Assembly: GCA_942493095.1 (NCBI GenBank)
Contig: OW818675.1
Coordinates: forward strand, 240,001 to 272,000
From: Candidatus Electronema halotolerans
GTDB taxonomy: Bacteria > Desulfobacterota > Desulfobulbia > Desulfobulbales > Desulfobulbaceae
Length of the DNA stretch: 32,000 nt
Direction of reading: 5' to 3'
A program made the translations under genes and the position numbers. This document shows positions 1 to 8,920 of the stretch, one piece after another. The notes under the pieces are model-generated. The model was not told the DNA's origin. It worked only from the letters and a program-made list of their open reading frames with translations, and did no database searches. Position 1 is the first letter of the stretch, and each line of letters starts with the position of its first letter.

Positions 1-37
1 CTGTTTTCTGATTTTCCTTTTTAACAAGACCAAGATT

Positions 38-811
38 ATGAATTTGCAGCAGGATTTGCAGCAGCGGCTGCGGCAGAAGCCCGTTCTTCTCATGACCCAT
101 CTGGTGCTCGGCTATCCTTCGCTGGCCGTCAACCGCGAAGTCATTCAGCAGATGGCGGAGAACGGCGTTGATTGCATTGAACTTCAGATTCCTTTTTCTG
201 AGCCAATGGCGGACGGGCCGGTGATTCTCAAGGCCAATCAGGACGCGCTGGCCGCAGGCATCAAGGTGCGGGACTGCCTTGCCTTTGCCGCTGAGATGGC
301 GCAGGCGTTTCCGCAGGTCAATTTTCTCTTCATGACCTATTGCAACATCGCCTTCCGCTATGGCATGGCTAAGTTTATTCGGCAGGCGGCAAAGATCGGC
401 ATAAAGGGCTGCATCATTCCCGACCTGCCGCCGGAAGAGGGCGAGGACTATCTGCGCCTGACCAAGGAGAACGGTTTGGCTGCTGTCATGTTCTTCACGC
501 CGACCTCGACAGATGCGCGGATGGCCGAAACAGCAGGGCAGGGCGGCGGCTTCATCTACTGCGTGGCCCGCAAAGGCGTGACTGGCCAGCGCACTGAGAT
601 GGACAGCAGCCTTACCGCCTATCTGAGCCGTTGCCGCAAGGCCACTGATTTGCCCTTGGCAGTCGGTTTCGGCATTGCCAGCCGCGAAGACGTGGCCATG
701 CTGGAGGGCAGAGCGGACATGGCCGTGATCGGTACGGCCACGATCAAATTGGTTGATCGGGAAGGCCCGTTCGCCGTCGGGCCGTTCATCCGCTCCTTAG
801 CTGGAGCCTGA
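38..811 (+). CDS. trpA: Tryptophan synthase alpha subunit
   Basis: 257-aa ORF with TrpA-like motifs (CIELQIPFSEPMADGPVI, GIKGCIIPDLPPEE, TGQRTE, PLAVGFGIASREDV). Confidence 0.95.
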   Translation: MNLQQDLQQRLRQKPVLLMTHLVLGYPSLAVNREVIQQMAENGVDCIELQIPFSEPMADGPVILKANQDALAAGIKVRDCLAFAAEMAQAFPQVNFLFMTYCNIAFRYGMAKFIRQAAKIGIKGCIIPDLPPEEGEDYLRLTKENGLAAVMFFTPTSTDARMAETAGQGGGFIYCVARKGVTGQRTEMDSSLTAYLSRCRKATDLPLAVGFGIASREDVAMLEGRADMAVIGTATIKLVDREGPFAVGPFIRSLAGA

Positions 812-823
812 GCCTGATCGTCC

Positions 824-1681
824 ATGTTGGAGAAAATCAGCACCATGCTTGAAATGATCAAGTTCAAGCATACGGTCTTTGCCATGCCCTTTGCCCTGAC
901 CGGGACCTTTCTCGCTGTCCGGGGCATTCCCTCGCTCTGGGTCTTCTTCTGGGTGATCATGGCCATGATTGGGGCGCGCACTGCGGCCATGACCTTCAAC
1001 CGCATTGTTGATCGTCGTTTTGATGCAGCCAATCCCCGCACCAGCCAGCGGGCTATTCCGACAGGACAGGTTTCTTTGAGCGAATCTTGGCTCTTGGTTG
1101 CCGCCTCCTCAGCCCTGTTCTTTCTCGCCTGCTGGATGCTCAACAGCTTGGCTTTGCAGATAGCCCCCTTTGCCTTGGCCCTGACCTTTTTCTATTCGCT
1201 GACCAAACGCTTCACGTGGCTCTGTCACGTGGTGCTCGGCATAGCCTTGGCCTTTTCACCATTGGGCGGCTGGGTCGCAGCCGCAGGCAGTCTGAGCGGC
1301 TATCCGTGGCTGCTGTCGCTCGGCGTGCTCTTCTGGGTCGCAGGTTTTGATGTGGTTTATGCCACCCAAGATGCGGAATTTGACCGGCAGGCTGGGCTGT
1401 ATTCCATGCCTGCCTCGCTGGGCCGGAAAAACGCTTTCCGGCTGGCAATCACCTTCCATGCCCTCGCCTTTATCCTCTTCACCCTGACCGGCCTGCATCA
1501 GCAGCTTAATTTTATTTATTATCTCGGCATTACCCTGACCGGGACTGCCCTGTTCTACCAGCACCTGATCGTCAATCCCAGAGACTTGTCCAATATTCAA
1601 GTGTCCTTTTTCTCCATGAATGGCTTCATCTCCCTGACCCTGTTCATTGCGGTCTGCCTGTCCCTGCTGCTGGCGGGCTGA
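824..1681 (+). CDS. UbiA-family prenyltransferase, likely the 4-hydroxybenzoate/futalosine-pathway (MqnP-like) type
   Basis: 285-aa multi-span membrane protein with NRIVDRRFDAANPRTSQRAIPTG (NxxxDxxxD motif) and LTFFYSLTKRFTWLCH. Confidence 0.85.
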   Translation: MLEKISTMLEMIKFKHTVFAMPFALTGTFLAVRGIPSLWVFFWVIMAMIGARTAAMTFNRIVDRRFDAANPRTSQRAIPTGQVSLSESWLLVAASSALFFLACWMLNSLALQIAPFALALTFFYSLTKRFTWLCHVVLGIALAFSPLGGWVAAAGSLSGYPWLLSLGVLFWVAGFDVVYATQDAEFDRQAGLYSMPASLGRKNAFRLAITFHALAFILFTLTGLHQQLNFIYYLGITLTGTALFYQHLIVNPRDLSNIQVSFFSMNGFISLTLFIAVCLSLLLAG

Positions 1682-1801
1682 ACCCTCATCGCCGGGCAGA
1701 ACTTGGCCGGTCAGGCCTTCTTCATATCTTCCCTTGAAAGTCTGCTCAATATAGGATAGGCTTGACAAAATTTTATTGAAACAGTCCAGCGACGCAAAAA
1801 G

Positions 1802-3685
1802 ATGAAACCTGATTTTCTTGAATATGTTCATAACCATGTGGTGCTGGGTGACGGTGCCCTTGGTTCCTATCTCTTTGAGCAGGGCGTGGAGCGGGGCCGC
1901 AATCTGGACCTGCTCAATCTGCAAGCCCCGGAAACCGTGCTGGCCGCTCACGAGGAATACATTCGGGCTGGCAGCCAGCTCATTGAGAGCAACACCTTTG
2001 GTGCCAATCGCTTCAAGCTGCGCGAGGTCGGTGCTGGTGAACGGGCACGGCAGATCAGCCGCACTGGCGCAGAGATTGCGGCCAAGGCTGCCGGAAAACA
2101 GGTTTACGTGGCTGGCTCAGTTGGCCCGACCGGCCTCAGCTTTCCCTTGCATGAGGAGCACATCAGCCTGGAAGAGATCAGGGAGAGCTTCTGCGAGCAG
2201 GTGCTTGGTCTGGCCGAAGGCGGGATTGATCTGCTGATTCTGGAGACCTTTTCCAGTCTGGAGGAAATCCTGCTCGCCATTGCCGCCGCCCGGAGCGCAG
2301 CTCCGCAGCTGCCTGTGATCGCGCAGATGGTCTTCCCGGCCAAGGGACTGACCGTGCTGGGCGAGGATGCCCTGTTCTGCGGCCAGCAGATGCGGGCTGC
2401 CGGAGCGGCCTTGGTCGGCACTAACTGCGGGCGCGGCATGGATGCCACCGTGCAGGCTATTGCCCGCCTGTCACCGTTAGCTGGTGAAGGCACGCCGCTG
2501 TCCGCCTTTCCCAATGCCGGCATGCCGGAGCTGCTCAACGGGCGGATGATCTACCCGGCCCAGCCCGGTTACATGGCAGCGCGGGCCAAGGAGATGATCC
2601 GCAACGGCGTGCATCTGCTTGGCGGCTGCTGCGGCACTCAGCCTGCCCATATTCATGAGTTCCGCAGCAGCCTGCGGATCAAGCCGGTGCGGGTGTATCT
2701 CAGCGGCGAGGAGCAGGAGCAGGAGGCAGAGGAACCGCTGACCGTTGCAGGCAAGAATGGCGGCTTTCTTGACTCCCTTCAGCCGGGTCGGCTGCCGATT
2801 ATTGTTGAGCTGGACCCGCCTGCTCATTTAGATGCGGAGCCAGTCCTGCGCGGGGCCGAGGAATTGGTCAGGGCTGGTGTGGATGCCATTTCGCTGGGCG
2901 AAAATCCCTTGGCGATTTTGCGGGCAGGCAATTTGAGCATGGCCGCCCTGATTCGCCAACGCACCGGCATTCAGACCATTCTTCATCAGACTGGGCGGGA
3001 CGTGAATGCCCTTGGCATGCAGTCGCGGATGATGGATGCGCACCTGCTCGGCCTTGAAGCGGTGCTGGCCGTGTCTGGCGATTCTGCCACAGGCACGGAT
3101 CAGCCTGGGGTGAGCGGGGTTTTCGATCTCCGCTCCTACGGCCTGATCGCCATGCTGGAGGGCCTCAACCGGGGCCTGAGCATGGCTGGGCAGCAGCTTC
3201 GCAAACAGACCAATTTCTCCATTGGCGCAGCCTTCACTTTCCGCCCAGACGATCCTGAGACCCAAGTTCGGCGTTTGGAGAAAAAGGCCGAGCTGGGAGC
3301 GCGTTTCGCCATGACTCAGCCCATTTTTGCCCCTGCAACGGTGGAGCAGATGCTGGAAGCGACACGCCATCTTGACATTCTTGTTTTTCCGGGTATCTTT
3401 CCTCTCATATCCGCCCGCAACGCTGAGTTTCTCCACAACGAGGTGCCTGGCATCTCCGTGCCGGGTGAGCTGCGCCGCCGCTTGGCCCAGTTTGAGCAGG
3501 TCGCAGACCAGCGCAAGGCCGCTTTGGAATACACGGCAGACATGATTGCCGAGATTGCCCCGCTGATTGACGGCCTGTATCTGATCAGCCCGCTCAACAA
3601 ATGGGACATTGCCCTGCAATTCGTGCTTCAGGCACGGCAGGCTGGATGGACGGGCAGGGCAGGGCGGATTCATCAGCATTCTTAA
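1802..3685 (+). CDS. Bifunctional homocysteine S-methyltransferase / methylenetetrahydrofolate reductase
   Basis: 627-aa ORF. N-terminal Hcy-methyltransferase domain (GDGALGSYLFEQG, GTNCGRG, GGCCGTQPAH zinc Cys) and C-terminal MTHFR domain (IIVELDPP..., GAAFTFRPDDPE..., GARFAMTQPIF, GLYLISPLNKWD). Confidence 0.9.
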   Translation: MKPDFLEYVHNHVVLGDGALGSYLFEQGVERGRNLDLLNLQAPETVLAAHEEYIRAGSQLIESNTFGANRFKLREVGAGERARQISRTGAEIAAKAAGKQVYVAGSVGPTGLSFPLHEEHISLEEIRESFCEQVLGLAEGGIDLLILETFSSLEEILLAIAAARSAAPQLPVIAQMVFPAKGLTVLGEDALFCGQQMRAAGAALVGTNCGRGMDATVQAIARLSPLAGEGTPLSAFPNAGMPELLNGRMIYPAQPGYMAARAKEMIRNGVHLLGGCCGTQPAHIHEFRSSLRIKPVRVYLSGEEQEQEAEEPLTVAGKNGGFLDSLQPGRLPIIVELDPPAHLDAEPVLRGAEELVRAGVDAISLGENPLAILRAGNLSMAALIRQRTGIQTILHQTGRDVNALGMQSRMMDAHLLGLEAVLAVSGDSATGTDQPGVSGVFDLRSYGLIAMLEGLNRGLSMAGQQLRKQTNFSIGAAFTFRPDDPETQVRRLEKKAELGARFAMTQPIFAPATVEQMLEATRHLDILVFPGIFPLISARNAEFLHNEVPGISVPGELRRRLAQFEQVADQRKAALEYTADMIAEIAPLIDGLYLISPLNKWDIALQFVLQARQAGWTGRAGRIHQHS

Positions 3686-3871
3686 TTTCTCTATGTTCAA
3701 GTCCCTGGATGATTACATTTATATTCTTTGACCAATAGGGGTTACGCCCGGCAAAGATCAAGCAAAAGATCACCGAAGTGAAATTGGGGTGGAAGCTCGA
3801 GCTGACCTTGCAGACCAAACTTTTCGTCCGCCTCCTCTTTCTGAACCTTCATCTCTGCGAAGAAAAAAATA

Positions 3872-4966
3872 ATGAACAATTTCCGATTTGCAACGGCTGA
3901 AGACTTTAATCCCGCTGAACTGGGAAAATCACTCTGCATGGATTTTGATGCTGTCCGCAGCGCATTTGCCGAAGAGCCGGATCAGAGAGTCAACGGCGCG
4001 TTGAGCGGCTATATTTACGACATGCCGCAATTTCCTGATGATCCGGTCAGAGGCGGCATTCATTATGCACGGTATGTTGAGTTGCCTGATTCGCTGATTC
4101 CTCAGAGGCAGCCGCCGTTGCTGCGCTCTTTTGCCGAAGAAATCCAAGAAACCGTGCCAGAGGCGGCAACTTTCTTTGATTTGGGGCCGGGACCGGAATG
4201 GTCGGTGCGAAAAAACACTGTGCCGGCACTCAAGATGCTGCAACCTGCTGTGTATGTGCCGGTTGATCTGGAGCCTGAGTTTACAGAAGAAGCATGCAAG
4301 GTGGTCAGCAGCGAGTTCCCTGAAATGAATGTGAACAATCTTGTCAGTAATTTTCATGCCGAGCCGCTGTCTGGCGCGGCAACCGAAAATGCGCTTGTCT
4401 GGTATCCAGGTTCGACCTTGGGCAATCTGCCTTCGCTGCCGGAAACCGCTTTTGCTGAGAACCGATTTGTCATGGAGCATCTTGCCCTGCTGCGTCAAGG
4501 TGCGGCAGAAGAGCAGGCCCGTTATCTGGTGCTTCTGATGGACAGAAAAAAAGAGGACATTCAGTCCATGCTCGACTTGTATGCCTCAGACGATGCGGTT
4601 GGCTGTTTTCGCAGCATTCTCTTTAAGCTGAAGCGGGACCTTCAGGCAGAAGATTTTGATCCTGCGGCATTTGCCTATGAACCGCTTTGGAATGAGCAGA
4701 CCAGCGCGGTGGAGCACACCTTCACCGCTGCTGCAAATCAGCTCTTCAAGATACATGACTGTTTCACCAATGCTTCTGCAACAGTAAGAGTTTCAGCAGG
4801 CGAACGCTATGTCTTAGCCAATTCTATGAAGCCGAGCTGCGATGACATGCAAGCCATGCTATCTTGTTCAGGCTGGGAGCCGCTGCGGTCAGCAGAAGAT
4901 GCGGACCGTCAGTTTCATATTCATCTTGCGCAGGCTGGTACCGCACAAATCATATCGGATAGCTGA
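3872..4966 (+). CDS. EgtD-like (histidine-specific) SAM-dependent methyltransferase
   Basis: 364-aa ORF with FFDLGPGPEWSVRK, YVPVDLEPEFTEEA and NALVWYPGSTLGNL, resembling the EgtD/Methyltransf_33 fold. The histidine-specific substrate is inferred only. Confidence 0.7.
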   Translation: MNNFRFATAEDFNPAELGKSLCMDFDAVRSAFAEEPDQRVNGALSGYIYDMPQFPDDPVRGGIHYARYVELPDSLIPQRQPPLLRSFAEEIQETVPEAATFFDLGPGPEWSVRKNTVPALKMLQPAVYVPVDLEPEFTEEACKVVSSEFPEMNVNNLVSNFHAEPLSGAATENALVWYPGSTLGNLPSLPETAFAENRFVMEHLALLRQGAAEEQARYLVLLMDRKKEDIQSMLDLYASDDAVGCFRSILFKLKRDLQAEDFDPAAFAYEPLWNEQTSAVEHTFTAAANQLFKIHDCFTNASATVRVSAGERYVLANSMKPSCDDMQAMLSCSGWEPLRSAEDADRQFHIHLAQAGTAQIISDS

Positions 4967-4967
4967 C

Positions 4968-5723
4968 ATGCTGGAACTGCGTAATATCTCCAAAACCTAC
5001 GGCCAGACGCAGGCTCTGCGCTCCATCAACTTGTCTGTTCCTGCGGGCAAGACCACCGTATTTCTGGGGCCGAGCGGCTGCGGCAAATCCACTCTGATCC
5101 GCATCATGAACGGGCTTATTCAAGCCGATTCAGGTGCGGCTGTTTATTTTGAGGGCGTGCAAGTCACGGAAGCAAACGCGCTCCAGCTCCGCCACAAAAT
5201 GGGCTATGTCATTCAGGAGGGCGGCTTGTTCCCGCATCTGACTGCCAGACAAAACATTGCATTGATGGCAAAGCATCTGGACTGGGCAAAGGATCGTATT
5301 GAAGAACGGATAACAGAGCTGGTCCGGCTGACCCAGTTTCCTGAGCAAGGGTTGGACCGTTTTCCGGCAGAGCTGTCCGGCGGGCAGCGGCAGCGGGTCA
5401 GTTTGATGCGCGCTCTGATGCTTGACCCTGCCTTGCTGCTCTTGGACGAGCCGCTCGGCGCGCTTGATCCCATGATTCGCTCTGAACTGCAAAGCGAGCT
5501 GCGCCAAATATTCCAGACCTTGGGCAAGACTGTGGTGCTTGTCACGCATGATATTGGCGAGGCTGATTATCTCGGCGACCTGCTGGTGCTGATGCGCGAT
5601 GGCCAGATCCTACAGCAGGGCCTGTTGCGCGATATGGTCAAAAATCCGGCAGAACCGTTTGTCAGTCAGTTCATCAATGCGCAGCGCAGTCCTGATGTGT
5701 TGCAACAGAAGGAGGGAGCATGA
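4968..5723 (+). CDS. ABC transporter ATP-binding protein, glycine betaine/choline (OpuC/ProV/EgtV) type
   Basis: Walker A GPSGCGKST, signature LSGGQRQRVSLMRAL, Walker B LLLLDEPLGALDP. The start at 4968 (MLELRNISKTYG) is preferred over the ORF-track start at 4842, which overlaps the previous gene. Confidence 0.92.
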   Translation: MLELRNISKTYGQTQALRSINLSVPAGKTTVFLGPSGCGKSTLIRIMNGLIQADSGAAVYFEGVQVTEANALQLRHKMGYVIQEGGLFPHLTARQNIALMAKHLDWAKDRIEERITELVRLTQFPEQGLDRFPAELSGGQRQRVSLMRALMLDPALLLLDEPLGALDPMIRSELQSELRQIFQTLGKTVVLVTHDIGEADYLGDLLVLMRDGQILQQGLLRDMVKNPAEPFVSQFINAQRSPDVLQQKEGA

Positions 5724-7222
5724 AAACATTATGGCATTATTTCTGCGCATTATTTCTGCTGGCAGTCCTGCTGCCCACGGTTCCGGCGCAGGCTGAGGCA
5801 GAGATCACTGTCGCTTCAAAAAATTTCACAGAAAGTGTCATTCTCGGCGAAATAATCACCCAAGTGCTGCGCTCCGCCGGAGTTAAGGCGGAACATCGGC
5901 CTGAGCTGGGCGGCACCCAAGTGCTGTGGAACGCCCTGCTGCGCGGCGAAATAGACAGTTATCCTGACTACACCGGCACTTTGCGGCAGGAAATGTTCAC
6001 AGGGCAGCAGATCAACAATTTTGCTGATTTGCGTCAACGGCTGGCAGAGAAAAACATCCTGACCACAGAGCCGCTCGGCTTTAATAACACGTATGCCCTT
6101 GCCATGAAAAAAGCAAAGGCAAAGCAGCTCGGCATCCGCACCATTTCTGATCTGCGCAAGTTTCCTGATCTGGCCTTTGGTTTCAGCAATGAGTTCATGG
6201 ACCGCAATGACGGCTGGCAGAATCTGCGCACCCATTACCAACTGCCACAGACTGATGTCAAAGGACTGAATCACGATCTGGCCTATTTGGGCTTAGATAA
6301 CGGCTCGATTGACGTGACAGACGGGTATTCAACCGATGCGGAAATCGTCTATTATGATTTGCAAGTGCTGAAGGATGACCGGCAGTATTTTCCTGAATAT
6401 CAGGCGGTGATTCTCTATCGGGCAGGATTGCGGAAACGCGCTCCGCAAGCAGCGGCGGCCCTGCAAAAGCTGGCTGGCAGCATTTCTGAGGCGGAAATGG
6501 TGAAAATGAATGCCCGCGCCAAACTGGACAAGGTGTCAGCCAGCCAAGTTGCCTCTGATTTTCTCAAGGAAAGATTCGCGCTGCAAACAGAAGTGACCGA
6601 GGAAACAGTCTTTTCCCGTCTCTGGCAGCACACGGTTGAGCATCTGATTTTGACCTGCTGTTCGCTGCTGGCCGCAGTGGCTGTCTCCATCCCCCTTGGC
6701 ATCTGCGCGGCCAAATATGAACGGCTGGGGCAGATTGTTTTAGGCGTGACAGGCATTATTCAGACCATTCCATCTTTAGCCCTGTTAGTTTTCATGATTC
6801 CGTTCTTGGGCATTGGCAATGCTCCGGCCATTGCGGCCCTGTTTCTTTACAGTCTGCTGCCAGTAGTCCGCAACACCTACACCGGCCTGCATGGCATTTC
6901 CCCGCCGCTCATTGAATCAGCCAAGGCTTTGGGCCTGTCGCCTTGGGCGCGTTTGCGGCTGATTGAACTGCCCTTGGCCTCGCGCTCCATTCTGGCGGGC
7001 ATCAAAATTTCTACGGTGCTCAACATCGGCTTTGCCACCTTGGGTGCGTTGATCGGCGCAGGCGGCTATGGGCAGCCGATTCTGACCGGAATTCGTTTGG
7101 ATGACACCGGCCTGATCTTGCAGGGAGCCATTCCGGCTGCGGTACTGGCTCTGCTGGCGCAGGGCATGTTTGAGCTGCTGGAACGGGCGGTGGTGCCAAA
7201 AGGACTGCGGCTGACAGCGTGA
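5720..7222 (+). CDS. Fused betaine-type substrate-binding protein (N-terminal) and ABC permease (C-terminal)
   Basis: Signal peptide followed by ITVASKNFTESVILGEIITQVL... (OpuAC-type binding domain). This is followed by LGICAAKYERLGQIVLGVTGIIQTIPSLALLVFMIPFLGIG...ESAKALGLSPWARLRLIELPLASRSILAGIKIST (permease). The start overlaps the ATPase stop (ATGA). Confidence 0.92.
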   Translation: MKTLWHYFCALFLLAVLLPTVPAQAEAEITVASKNFTESVILGEIITQVLRSAGVKAEHRPELGGTQVLWNALLRGEIDSYPDYTGTLRQEMFTGQQINNFADLRQRLAEKNILTTEPLGFNNTYALAMKKAKAKQLGIRTISDLRKFPDLAFGFSNEFMDRNDGWQNLRTHYQLPQTDVKGLNHDLAYLGLDNGSIDVTDGYSTDAEIVYYDLQVLKDDRQYFPEYQAVILYRAGLRKRAPQAAAALQKLAGSISEAEMVKMNARAKLDKVSASQVASDFLKERFALQTEVTEETVFSRLWQHTVEHLILTCCSLLAAVAVSIPLGICAAKYERLGQIVLGVTGIIQTIPSLALLVFMIPFLGIGNAPAIAALFLYSLLPVVRNTYTGLHGISPPLIESAKALGLSPWARLRLIELPLASRSILAGIKISTVLNIGFATLGALIGAGGYGQPILTGIRLDDTGLILQGAIPAAVLALLAQGMFELLERAVVPKGLRLTA

Positions 7223-7257
7223 GATTGCGCTTTTGCGTAACGTATTCTGCTGAAACT

Positions 7258-7551
7258 GTGGAGCAGATGCTGGAAGCGGCACGCCATCTTGACATTCTTG
7301 TTTTTTCGGGTATCTTTTCTCTGGTCTCTGCCCGCAATGCAGAGTTCCTCCATAACGAGGTGCCGAGCGAGCTGCGCCGCCGTCTGGCCCAGTTTGAGCA
7401 GGTCGCGGACCAGCGCAAAGCCGCTTTGGAATACACGGCAGACATGATTGCCGAGATTGCCCATATCATTGACGGCCTGTATCTGATCAGCCCGCTCAAC
7501 AAATAGGACATTGCCCTGCAATTCGTGCTGCAAGGCCGGATGGCAGGGCAG
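7258..7551 (+). pseudogene. Decayed duplicate of the 3' end of the upstream MTHFR domain
   Basis: High nucleotide similarity to 3341..3662 (e.g. gtggagcagatgctggaagcg.cacgccatcttgacattcttgtttt). It has an in-frame 15-nt deletion and a TGG to TAG stop at the point equivalent to SPLNKW. The ORF track shows it as 7219..7506. Confidence 0.9.
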
Positions 7552-7599
7552 CGGCAGAACGGACTTGCTGAAGAAATTAACTTAAAAAAGAGTGAGTTG

Positions 7600-8511
7600 A
7601 TGACTTGGAATACGGACCAGCTCTATTGGTTGATGTACAAAGATGCTGATCAAGAAATTCTTACTTCATTTGAACGGCGCGTCTTAAAAATAGCCTATCC
7701 AATCGCTTATTGGTCATTGGACAGGGCGGTGAAACAGGAGAATCTGGAGGGAGTTATTACACAATTATCTGGATTACTTCCTGATATTTCATCACAGTAC
7801 AGCAATCAACAGTTCAGAGGTTTTGTTGAAAAGGCTGTAAGAGCACTACAGGCGTTTCAATGTCAAATGGCATCCGATATTTTCACTTCAGATTTGTTTG
7901 CTGACAAAGAACAACTAAAGATGGTTGACATAGGCGATTCTTCTGGACTGCATTCTTTATGTATCAAACATCTACTGAAAGATAAGAAGAAAATTGAAAC
8001 AGTCAGTATCAATTTAGATCAAAGGGCAATTGAAAAAATACAAAGCAAAGGTCTAAGAGCAATCTTGGCAAGAGCGGAAGATTTAGAACTTAATGAAAAT
8101 TTTGATCTTTTAACTTCATTTCAAACAGTTGAACATCTCCTTGATCCTATTGGTTTCCTAAGCAGAACAGCACGTAAGATAGATGCTGAACATTTTTTCA
8201 TCACTGTGCCCTTTTTCAAAAAAAGCCGTGTCGGTCTGCACCATATCAAAACCAATAAAACCGGACCGGTTTATGCGGAGCAGACCCATATATTTGAACT
8301 GAATCCTCATGACTGGTCGCTGCTTTTTCAACACAGCGGCTGGAAAATTGTCAAAGAAAGAATTTACTATCAATATCCACGTCGTATCCCTGTAGTAAAC
8401 GCTTTGCTCAAGTGGTTCTGGAGGATATTTGACTTTGAAGGATATTGGGGTGTTCTCCTACGGAAGGATTTAACTGTATCTAATTATTACCAAGATTGGA
8501 AGGATATTTGA
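7600..8511 (+). CDS. Class I SAM-dependent methyltransferase
   Basis: MTWNTDQLYWLMYKDADQEI... with MVDIGDSSGLHSLCIKHLL (motif I-like) and FDLLTSFQTVEHLLDPIGFL. The ORF-track start at 7525 lies in the decayed MTHFR duplicate, so the internal Met at 7600 is preferred. Confidence 0.75.
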   Translation: MTWNTDQLYWLMYKDADQEILTSFERRVLKIAYPIAYWSLDRAVKQENLEGVITQLSGLLPDISSQYSNQQFRGFVEKAVRALQAFQCQMASDIFTSDLFADKEQLKMVDIGDSSGLHSLCIKHLLKDKKKIETVSINLDQRAIEKIQSKGLRAILARAEDLELNENFDLLTSFQTVEHLLDPIGFLSRTARKIDAEHFFITVPFFKKSRVGLHHIKTNKTGPVYAEQTHIFELNPHDWSLLFQHSGWKIVKERIYYQYPRRIPVVNALLKWFWRIFDFEGYWGVLLRKDLTVSNYYQDWKDI

Positions 8512-8512
8512 C

Positions 8513-8920
8513 ATGCTTCAGCTTGATCATTTCGCGGTTCAGGTTTCAGATTTAGAAAGGTCTATTGAATTTTATAAAAAAATAGGCCTGGAATATCGTT
8601 ATACTGCTTTTGACGAAGAAAATCATGAACGCTATGCTTTTTTCACGCTTCCTTCTGGGGGAAGTTTTGAACTTCTACAAGTTTTAGATGAGCAAAACAA
8701 TCCTATTCCTTTGCAAAAGAAAGAGTTGGTTCAACCTTTTTGTCCGCATATTGCTTTCACCACGAGTGATATGAACGAGACAATGGCCATGATTCAAGAA
8801 AAAGGATTTGAGATTGTCAAAGGGCCAATGAACATACCTGATGAAGTTTCTTGGGTTTTTATAAAAGATTATGACAATAATGTAGTTGAATTTGTTGAGT
8901 GGATAGGGGAGAAGCGGTGA
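8513..8920 (+). CDS. VOC-superfamily (glyoxalase/bleomycin-resistance/dioxygenase-like) protein
   Basis: MLQLDHFAVQVSDLERSIEFYKKIGLEYRY...GGSFELLQV...PHIAFTTSDMNETMAMIQEKGFEI...FIKDYDNNVVEFVEW, a paired beta-alpha-beta-beta-beta pattern with H/E/H/E metal-ligand candidates. Confidence 0.88.
   Translation: MLQLDHFAVQVSDLERSIEFYKKIGLEYRYTAFDEENHERYAFFTLPSGGSFELLQVLDEQNNPIPLQKKELVQPFCPHIAFTTSDMNETMAMIQEKGFEIVKGPMNIPDEVSWVFIKDYDNNVVEFVEWIGEKR

Noticed and set aside
3686-3871. Degraded transposase or integrase at the left edge of the accessory block
   Set aside because: The intergenic sequence gives no translation resembling a recombinase and no clear terminal inverted repeats.
7219-7506. 95-aa ORF as an independent gene
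   Set aside because: Its body is a truncated copy of the upstream MTHFR C-terminus ending at a TAG replacing a conserved Trp, so it is better described as a pseudogene fragment.
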